Positions 35,701 through 45,561 of a stretch of 64,000 nt of DNA are shown piece by piece; position 1 is the stretch's first letter, and the number at the start of each line of letters is the position of its first letter. A program made the translations under genes and the position numbers. This stretch comes from Phoronis australis (Eukaryota > Animalia > Phoronida), in contig NMRA01000139.1 in assembly GCA_002633005.1 (NCBI GenBank), forward strand, positions 756,816-820,815, given 5' to 3'. The notes under the pieces were generated by a model that was not told where the DNA came from, did no database searches, and was given only the letters and a program-made list of their open reading frames with translations.

Positions 35701-38700
35701 GTCATGACATGTCAATTTAATCTGGACACTGAATTGAAACTTCATCGTGCATTGAAGGTATAGGCATCAACAAAATTGCCACTGTTCATTGTAGTTTCAA
35801 CAACGGTTCACACAACGAGATTAGCACATGAATCTGATACCAGATTCGCTAAAGGCACGCAAAATGTTATTTATGAAAACGAGAAGTCGACGCGTTTCTT
35901 AGTAACGGCCTCAGGTAAGCCTTGTGTAACAGTTTCACAGATTTTATAGCCCTTCTAATGCCTGTTACACATAATTACCTATGTTGATTACATGTGTAGC
36001 GTAACAAAAAATAATTCACTGTGGTAGATATTTTACCCGTTTTTGTCAGAGGTTTTAAACTAAACTTAATGAGTGAAACCACATGGAAAGACGCGTTCAT
36101 TTTACGTTGCATCACAGTTTTATCTTTGTCCCCCTAAAAATGAAAATTGAACAAATTTGGGGTCTATACACCACCAACAGATATACATGTGCCAACCATG
36201 CCAATACCATTTAAAGGGGGAAGTGCAATGTTTCTTTGTTTGAAACACAGTCTGTGGTAATAATGCCCCGTAAAAAGGTCAACGGAGATAAAAGTTAAGG
36301 ATATAGTATCTAATGTGTTTTAAGCCCCATAGAATCCTATGTCGTGGAAACTTACATGTAAGACTCGTTTACACATTGCATAACACACATTTCCTTTGCA
36401 TGTCTTCAGTGGCACTAAAATGGCCGGTTATCATATCTGATGTCGTTCATCATTTTAGTAGGGTACATATCTGGAACGTAGTTGGTGACTCGTTTTCCTT
36501 TCTTCAGGAACACATCGCAATTCCTTCCTTAATTTTCAGCGGATCTTTGTGGCACTCTTTCCCCCTCGGTCACTCTGCTTACTGCACAGTAAGAACCGGC
36601 AGTAGACAAAGATGGACTACCGCCATTTCATCGACCGTTGGCAGCCCCGTATCTGTCGAGAGATCGACCCATGCTCTGGTTGCAGGGCGTTATGATGAAT
36701 TACTGGCCTAATTTTACTTACTCTCTCTCTGTCCGTCACTTTTGTAACCCTATGCAGGTTTGACGGAAGGTAAACGACGCTTTTGTAATTTAATTCGCAG
36801 ATCGTTTGAGGAATTGCACATGTAAAAGTACGTACGCCTGAATTTCTTTTCGGGATCCTTTACTGGTGTCAGTGGGCAATATCGACGATTACCATGCTAA
36901 GTGTCAGCATAAGAAATGTTTGTGTGGTGAAATCGTCCATCAAATGAAGTAAAGTGGTATCGTTGAACTGGCATGAATTGTTTGCCAGATTTCGTTCTTA
37001 CCGTTGCATGAGATCCATGAGTGTTTAATTGGGAGCTTTAGTTCGCGCCTGAAATAGACGAGGCATTTTTTTGTTTACAGCAGCTGAAAAAATCTAAACA
37101 TTCCCATTTTCGTGTAAAAATATATCCTTTTCATTTTGATTGTGCCAGAATCACACTTTTCATTGTCCGCTAAATGTAGATACATATAGGCTTATCGTAT
37201 AATTAATTTGAAACGTGATTCTAAACACGGTATTGGTCACTGCTGTGTTGTGCAAATCGTCATCAAGAGATCAATATTCAGCCCATCGACGTTTTGACAA
37301 GCCTCCAGATACCGGGAGTATATCCCATCTGCTCCCTGTCCCCGCTATACATGTACATTTATCCCTCGAATGTCTAGGATATCACAAGAAAATGGGCAAC
37401 GGCAATTTGCCAACACGACAAAAGTTTGTGACATCAAGAGAGAGGTACGACCCCTATGGGTCGCCCAGAAACTTCTAATGTACATGCAATGCTTTGTTAT
37501 ACGAAGAGAGGACCTCCTCTTACAAAATCATCATAAGCCCTTGCATAAAATCATCGATTAAAACTGCATCGAAGTATCAGGGTTGCTGCTGTCAGTCACA
37601 TCTTTCTCAAGGTTTAGTGAGAACGTTGCACTTGAGCAGGATATAAAGAATTCCTGCTATCCAAAACCACTTTCACAGACTACATGGTCCCTATGCTACA
37701 CTAAGGGGAGTAGGCACAGTAAGTGCCAATCACTGTACTTAAAAGCTATTGTTATCTTAAACTCGACCAATGGCGTAAGGCTTTCGTAAATTGTAAGCAA
37801 TACAATACAAACGGAAGTGCTAAGACCAGCATCATTGGCGAATAGTTGTGTCGTTCGGGAGCCGGTATTGCAAACTGGACTACAACGTCGGTGACGGCTA
37901 ATCGATAAATTGACCTAGGGTCGGGTATTATTATAAAGACAACGGAATTGGTTGTACTACAAGTACCTATGTAACATGCTACTGACAGCTACAACGCAAT
38001 TAATGTAAAACATCAATAAACGATGAAAGGTACTCATCCTTCAGAATTCTCTGCCCTGCAGCATCCTGGTGGAAGTTCCACTTAACTAGGTTGCAGGACT
38101 TCTCGTGCCCATTGCTCAATATCATAAGGCCTCAAAACCGCCGAATGTTTGCTAAGTGTGTGTCATATTCGTTGTCAGTGTCTGTGTTTCTCATATCCAC
38201 TCCCTTATCTCTCTTAGTTCATAGTAATCTTCCAGTTCTCGCTCAAAATTGTCCTCGTCTTCCAACCTGTTACACCGTACGTTACGCCGTTGTATTTTGC
38301 TGTCAAGTGACCAAACGACCTACTACTTGGAGGAAAGCTGGAAATGTAATTTTTTCTTTAACATTTAAAAATCCTCGTTTGTGCGGTACATTAAAGACTG
38401 AATTGGTTTTGTTTGATGGCTTTTTATTCATTTTAGCGAACCGATACCTCAAAAACTAAAAACGTGTGGTTGAAAAGCTTAATGGTCATTCTTCATCACA
38501 GTATTTTTTACACAAATAGCACGTTGAGCATAAATTGGTGTTGATCCTGGTACTGCGTAATGCATAATGCGCGATGCAAGCACACGTTGACATAAAGCAT
38601 TGAGTAAATGCATGTTGGTGTTTCCACGTATTCGTCAAGTGACGTGTTTTCGAAGAAATATCACCTAACACTTTCCTCAAAATGCATGTCAATAGAGGAG

Positions 38701-41700
38701 AACGCATTCATGCACCTTCTGGTCCACAGGCAAACTTGCAGAGACTCACGTAAAGTTTGAGCACCTTAGGTTCTTAAACATTTTACAGGCTGCTCGCAGA
38801 TGAAGCTAGAATAATAAACGAAGGTGTCTATATTGGGAAGGAGGAGATAAAACACATATGTGAGCCTAATGTCAGAAGCAGAGGACAAGTAATTGCAAAG
38901 TTGACATGCATCTTGGTAAAGTTCTACTGTAGTGCATTTCTTTCCACGTGAAAATCCCGTCGCTGTTGTCACTTAAATGACGTCATCAGTTATAGGTGTT
39001 CAATCGGTACACAATGTGTTCCAACTAACGCAGTGCAGACGCTGTGCTCATTATATTCGGACAAAATAAAAATCACTTTCATTGGTTCCGGTGCCTAAAT
39101 CAACAACCCAGGCGTAGAAGACCGAATAGACACTATTTCCTAAATGCATCGTTGGTCATTGCACCGTTCTTTAAGGTGGGTTAACAGTCGGTGTCAAAGG
39201 AGACAGCTCCTCAGTAGTAAACGAAAGAGAACATAGGCAACCCAGCACTCGAGTGCTGTCACCTCCAGTTAGGCATTCCTATCCAACGGCACAACCGCCG
39301 CCTGCATACGGTGACTGGGTGGCCGAGAAGGCAGTCACCAAGCGCCGAGACCCTCTTGTCCACACGTCGGCTGTCCTCGATCTGTCAAACGGCAAGTTGT
39401 GGAAATCGACGACATTTCGTGAGTCAGTTGAAACATAGTTCGGCAACGGGACTTTCACCAGAAAGGGAAGCAGAAACCCACTTTTCAAAAGCAGAAATGT
39501 GACATACCCTTGCCTTTTGTTTTCAAAGTGAAATTATTTGAAGGAAATGATTGTTGATGTTAACCATTTGCTTAGTAAATTCTCATGTTTTATATGATCA
39601 ATCAGGAAAAGTCTAAGCCAGCTGGCTGTAATCGGCTCGTAGTGTATTACAACACGTGATCTGACCTCAGCTCGTGGCCACTGACGTATGTGCTAACACA
39701 ACTAGGCTTAACTCATGCTCCGTAAGCACTAACTTTCTGCTTCTCAACAAGTCGATCGCGTACATGTATATCTACATGCAAGTTATTACAGTATTTCCCT
39801 TCTTCAAGGTTATGTTCCGGTTTTTAAGGTGCTCGGCCACGAGCAACACCTTCGACGAGGCGACCGAAAGAACCCGTGTTGAGAAACAGTCAAGTGCCCA
39901 CAGATGTCACGAATATTGGGAATTCTGATTACGGTGGAAATGGAACGGTGACTACAGTGGATGAAATTGATCACAAACCTTCTGGTAGGGACGGGAGATG
40001 TTGCGTTATATCGACTGTCTACAGAAATCACAAGTGCATGTTGGGGAATGGGCTAATACTCATGAAGTTATAGGTTGATAAGCAGTAATCTGCAACATGT
40101 GGCTTTGGAATAGGTGGGAGGTAATGGGTTATCAGGCAGGCATATGTACATTTAAGCGCCGTCCACATAATTCTGTATCAGATTTTTGTTAAGTTTCCAG
40201 GGCCCTTGTGACCAAGCTTGATATAAACGGCTTTAATCCAAGCGGACTTCTGCCCGGTTAGGACCATCTGGTCCAGAACATCATTGTGGAGTATATTAAG
40301 TTGCATGTAGTGTCGTCACAGCTCGAAGAGCTGCCGTGACAAGTTAATTTGCACTAGATTATGACATGTGTATGAAGGCTCTGGGACGTACGTTATCTAT
40401 ATACCTCGCAATTTCCAGCCATATCATAGAAAAGCGAATCTGGTAATATGACTTCATATCAAATGGCAAACGTTGGACACGGTCCTTCATTTGGAATATT
40501 TAACAATAATTCCGAGTTACCAGATGTTGCTACCGGGAAGAAAACTTAATGAGTTACACAAAACTGCAAAATTCAACATTATTCCCTTTTTTTCTTTTCA
40601 GTACCCGGGTTTTTGATTGCGTTCCTGTCGATTACGTCGTTGGCGTTACTTATCGGTCTTATTTCTTGCGTTTACTACTACGTTAACAAAAATATACGGT
40701 AAGTAATCCTATTTAGGGAGTTCTTTAAGTAGGAGAAACAAGGTTTAAATCGCCTGTCTTTGCCACATCATTTTCCATAACCTGCTCCGCTTGATGCGGT
40801 CCTGCATCTGTAGATGGTTTGTTTTTTGTAGGCATCCAAATTAATCAAAGCGGATGTAACGGTCATGTAGGACCTGACCATTAAGTCTATGTTTGTATCC
40901 ACACATCAAAAACACCTGTTTTAACGCAGACATACACTGACTTTTGGAAAAAAAGAAATCCTGCAGCTGTTGATTTATTACCAGTCTGGGATTACTTGAG
41001 AACCCGAGCGTGGCTTTCACAAAAAATGGAAGTTTTATCCAAAACAAACCAACGGTTGAAGTTACGCGTACACATTTTGAAATAATTTCCTAGCAGTATT
41101 TTTAGAAAAGTACCTTTGATTTCATAGGGGTCCGATCAGCCATTTCACAGATATGATGTTAAGAAATTAACGTTAATTGAACATTTTTCTAAGTCTTAAC
41201 AACCTTAAGTATACGACACACTACTGTGAGAGACTATTTAAAACATAACGCACGCATGATGATAGATGTGCATTGGCTCATACTCACATTGTGTTCTTTA
41301 TGCAGTCAGAAAACACCTAAATTGCAAGTACAAGTACAAGATTCAGACGTTCTTCTGGAACATTCGAGTGACGGAGATAAACGAGAAAGCCATTGGCGTG
41401 AGTTGCATGTTGCTAAAGCAGGCTCAATGCGTGCTCTATTGACTAATCAAACGCGTGTCGATTAGGGATCACACTGGGCCTCAGCCGCCTTGGTAGGATT
41501 TGGAAACCGATAGTCAAACTAGAGGTGGAATCAATTGGACAGTCGTAATAATGTTTTTTCGTATATAGACAAAGTTTGAAACTTTTTTGAAACGTTCTGA
41601 CAACATTTGGAGTGTAATTCAAACCCTCAGGTCCAATACCGGGGCACATGTTTTTCCACTTTCCCAAAACATTCGAATACAAAATACGTGTATGTTAACC

Positions 41701-43036
41701 GTGTTATAACAGCATTTGCCCCAATCATGTCCCAGACGAGATTGAAATGCCAAGTCATTTATCATTACGTTCAAAATAGCCCGATTATACCTTGAGTTGA
41801 AATATAACTCCATCGAATCTCGGTGGCTGGAGGAATTTCTTTCAGCGCTTAAAGACAAAGTAAAACGATCATTTAAGATATGCTAAATACATGTAGTGCT
41901 GCGCAACACAAATTATTCCACACAACCACTAATTAATTACTAAATTATGTGCCCTCTTCGGAAACCCACTTTCATTTTCTTGACCTATCACAGTCGACTG
42001 ATGTATTGACGTCATTTTTGTGCGACTTTGAAGGATATTCTATGCAAGTGGAACTGCCAAGATCTGAGTCTATCTATTCAATTAAACACTTTTGTATCAT
42101 ATACACGTAATTTGGAAATCTGCAGCCGACTCTTATGGTAAATTTTCTTGTTGTTGCAAGGGACTGTAGGTCATGCTTCCCAAAGATGATGTCATTTACA
42201 TGGATTAGTACGAGCGCCACCTAAGTTTATTAGTCGTTCAATGGAGTTCCTGATGAGGTCGTACGATAGTTATTAGCGTAATCAGATAATGTTTGGAGCA
42301 AACAAAGAGACGGCACACTCGTGTTGACCAATAATACACATATTTAACATGTTCAAATGTAACTTGGCCATTTTACGCTGTCTTTAAATTGTTCACCTCC
42401 AATGTTATCCAAGAATGTTGTCTGGATATTTTGATTGCCGCTTCACTATACGGATTTACTCTCGCCCACGGCATATTTAGCGAATCTTTATTCTGTTGTA
42501 GCGCAAGGTTTATGCAATTGACTTTGAGCAGATGATTGTAGTGACTTTTATCTTTATGCTGTATAGAGAATGGAACGAGATTATCCTACCAAGAGGCAGA
42601 ATTGCCTTCCGAAGAGAAGGAAGGCGACCTGACAAAAAAGAAGAGAAAGAAAAAGCATAAACGTAAAAATAAGGAGAGTCAACAAGAGTATGACTCGTTT
42701 ATGGAAGGTGGTGAACTCTACGACGGTCAGGAAGAATTTCCCTTACTGGAGATCGGCGATGAAATAAACCCTGAAGAGGATTTCGAGAATGGAGACATTT
42801 TAGGAGAAGAACCAGTAGAAAGTGAGATTTCCCAACCTGACACGGCCTTCACAGAACCAGAGGACACCTATGCCGAGAACCAAAACGCACGAAGCACACG
42901 TAGGTATAGTCGAGAACGATTACAAATGTCAGTGACCAGAATTCCAGTGAGACCCCACAAATGGGGGACTGGACGTAATGACATTCATAGACGTCTTGAA
43001 AGGGTGAACAACACTACAAAGATCGATAAGTTGTGA
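26637..43036 (+). CDS. Gene B: paralog with the same architecture and a shorter tail (about 693-697 aa)
   Basis: Exons 26637-26718, 30486-30725, 31222-31437, 32777-32962, 35140-35319, 35795-35914, (36758-36769), 39176-39418 (or -39310), 39829-39984, 40602-40698, 41306-41397, 42567-43036. Phases are compatible and the frame is open. AATAAA at 43112. The stalk exons are the least certain. Confidence 0.82.
27661..27874. mobile_element. 214-bp MITE with TTAA target duplication (Kolobok-like termini)
   Basis: TTAA|GGGGAGGACACTC ... GAGTGTCCAACC|TTAA. Confidence 0.75.
30486..30725 (+). CDS. Gene B exon 2, F-type lectin N-half
   Basis: NLAYSRMTSQT...AVDGN...SCTHT...PWWRV...MITNRILA. Confidence 0.94.
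31222..31437 (+). CDS. Gene B exon 3, F-type lectin C-half
   Basis: GRLNNFAVYV...LCYHF...LKC...LTLCEVAVF. Confidence 0.94.
32777..32962 (+). CDS. Gene B exon 4, shortened kringle-like module
   Basis: GWYTPGTQVVESKVDVTYSGTLCQPRGPDTKYCIMVVKGQPLDVPHCATYTKLERCTIPPKI. Confidence 0.92.
35140..35319 (+). CDS. Gene B exon 5, TSP1 repeat
   Basis: DDFEYTLAWNEWSPCSTTCGEGVRQREEMC...PCP...ETSPCSSSPCP. Confidence 0.94.
35795..35914 (+). CDS. Gene B candidate stalk exon
   Basis: ttcattgtag|ISTTVHTTRLAHESDTRFAKGTQNVIYENEKSTRFLVTAS|gtaagc. 120 nt, phase 1-1, S/T-rich, no paralog support. Confidence 0.6.
39176..39418 (+). CDS. Gene B stalk exon (alternative in-frame donor after 39310)
   Basis: GGLTVGVKGDSSSVVNEREHRQPSTRVLSPPVRHSYPTAQPPPAY(GDW...KSTTF). 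PSTRVLS..PT....Y resembles gene A PSTKLLS..PT....Y. Confidence 0.65.
39829..39984 (+). CDS. Gene B stalk exon
   Basis: ARPRATPSTRRPKEPVLRNSQVPTDVTNIGNSDYGGNGTVTTVDEIDHKPS resembles gene A PAALANIG...TVLAE..QHR. Confidence 0.72.
40602..40698 (+). CDS. Gene B transmembrane exon
   Basis: Strong polypyrimidine tract. VPGFLIAFLSITSLALLIGLISCVYYYVNKNIR|gtaagt, phase 1-2. Confidence 0.9.
41306..41397 (+). CDS. Gene B juxtamembrane exon
   Basis: QKTPKLQVQVQDSDVLLEHSSDGDKRESHW, phase 2-1. Confidence 0.82.
42567..43036 (+). CDS. Gene B terminal exon, cytoplasmic tail
   Basis: QNGTRLSYQEAELPSEEKEGDLTKKKRKKKHKRKNK...ELYDGQEEFPL...SVTRIPVR...IDKL*. Confidence 0.88.
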
Positions 43037-43294
43037 AAGACGAAACACTATGGCCGAGAGATGAAAAGCAGTTAAGGGGTTTTATCACGAATGCCAAGAG
43101 TTGGAGACTAAAATAAAAAATATATGTCAAGGTATCTGGAAAATATTTTCTTAAACAAGTCTGGGGTTTTAACTACAGCACTGCTTACAAAATTCTAATA
43201 AAATATTGGTGGTTGTCGGCTCGTAAACATCCGCTGACATCATAAGCATATGTATTTTGGTAATAGGAAAAAGCAGTGTGGAGGAAAACACAAA

Positions 43295-44816
43295 CAGCCG
43301 ATTTCATAAAGGTGGTTTAAATTTAAATCTGGTTTAAACTGGACTTAGACCAGGTTTGAAGATAATGTACATTTCATAAAATTGGTTTAACTTTTAGACC
43401 AATGGTTTAGTAAAACCTGGTTTAACTTCAGTTTCAGGTTTAAGTCAGTTTTCATTTCGCCGACGAGGTGTATATTACTTAGACCTGTCTTAAGATATTA
43501 AATCAGGTTAAACTTTAGACTTGGTCAGACCAAGGTTTATACTATTAAATATGGCAGACTTGTACGATATAGGTGCAACTTAATGATGCTGTGGTGTGCA
43601 TTTACGACTCTAATTTAGAGCAAGAACGGACTATTTTCAATATTCAGTTTTAGGACGACACAAGATCAAACGTAACAGGGGGGACCTAGAATTTTTAAAG
43701 TCGGGGGTCTGATCAAGGATTTTAAAAAGGAGGACCTTGGTCAACAGTTTGAAAGTTATAGATTTCGTATCACTAAAATAAAGTAAAATTGGAGTCCGGA
43801 CCCCTTGAACCCCTGGATCCGCCTATACCAGTACGTACTGATTTGTTTCCTTCGTATTTTCCCAGATTATGACGGTTCGAGCAGAACGTCATAGTCGCAA
43901 GCGCTACGCGTATGACGAAAAATGCATCTAATGATAATTCTGGGCGAGTTCCATCTCAACTGGTCCCCCATATAAGGTTGCCGGCCAGGGGTCCTACCAC
44001 AGTGGCGAATTTAGAGGAGGGCCAAAGGGGGCATGGTCCCCCTAAAATTCTCCCAGATTGCATTTGGCAGTTCGAGGGTGCGAATGTCAGACGAGCAAAA
44101 TATTGACTAATACTATGCCCTGGCCTCCCCTACTCAAAATCCTTGATCCGCCCCTATGCACCCTTTGGCCGCAAAAAAGGAAAATGACACGGAAATAAAC
44201 ATTTGCATTTACTATGTTGCGGTTAATCTTGAACAAGTACTTTATTGTGTATACTTGTGTTGGACACAGACGATACGAAATGAACAATATCTCCTCATGA
44301 TATCCTAAATGTGCCACTGGGTCCCTTGCCGTTTTTCTTTGCAATCTTTCACTGATAAAATTTTCTTTCTGACCTTTATTCTGGATCAATATCACTCCAA
44401 CACTGGTGACTTGACTTGGCATAAAATTTTCTTGTTCTTGATTATCACATTGGGTTTTTCTCTGATCAGTTATGGGAGGGAGCATTTTTCCTGGTGAGAA
44501 AACGTAATAACGTTTTTTTGCAAATATCTAAACTGATGCTACTGCTGTGTACCATTGTGTACCCACGTGATCAAGGTTTCATTGAATCACGGTAACAGTT
44601 TCTTTGTTAGGTTAACCCGGATCCACACAGTAGGGTGGCTGGATACTTAAAACCTAGTTTTACTAAACCCGCTTCATCGTCTAACAAAACCAGGCACTCC
44701 GACTTTTAAACCATGTTGGTGAAATGCAAGTTAGGTCTAAAATTAGACCAGGTTTAGAAAGACCAGGTTTAAGTCTTAAATCTGGTTTTGTTAAACCGTC
44801 TTGATGAAATGGGCTG
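43295..44816. mobile_element. Harbinger-like non-autonomous element with nested short MITEs
   Basis: Left end CAGCCGATTTCATAAAGGTGGTTTAA vs right end (reverse complement) CAGCCCATTTCATCAAGACGGTTTAA. GGTTTAA/TAGACC subterminal arrays at 43310-43535 and 44645-44800. AAA on both flanks. Confidence 0.7.
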
Positions 44817-45561
44817 AAAATTTCAACTGTGAGCACCACAATTGAAAGTGCGGGCACAATACGTGGCATCTTACCATAAGTAGCTGATGGTGGTGGATTA
44901 TATCATGTAACATCTAGAAAATGTGAACACAAAACCGGAAGTAGTCCGTTCTCCCTCTCTTGTGAATAAGAACAGTAATAGATGGCAGCACCAGCTTAAT
45001 CATTTAAATGGCAAGACACGACATATTCCCCTCGCACTTAAAGAGAAATCCGTAGGAAATGTAGCGAGTTAACCAACATTAAAATCTAACTAGGTTAAAC
45101 AGATAAACAGGTCCAAGATCGGAATTTGGAAATAATCTACAGCAACATATATAGTTCATTCTGTAATAACTCAATAGACGTGCGCGTGGAAATTGACACA
45201 CAACGGCAAGTTCAGCATAGTCACTGGTTACTTGTATTTTGTACGCTCATTCAGGGGGGCTCCAACGAGCCCTCTCATTTGGCGAAATGGACAAAAGGCT
45301 CCGCCTCAGAGAAACAAAAACCCCGAAAAGGTCCACTAAAACACAAGAACAACAGTTTACCAAAATTCAACGAATACACAATTTAAGCTATGAACGTACC
45401 CCGTGAATCTTAGTAAAGGTCCACATTCTCAGAAATTCGATCTACTGCTTGTAGATTTTGAGCTACTGACGTCATGTGATAAGTGCTAGCAGGAAGGTGT
45501 TATTAAGTCGTACCTCTTGCTAGCAACTGCGCTGAGCGAAATCCTTGGTTGACGAACTTAA

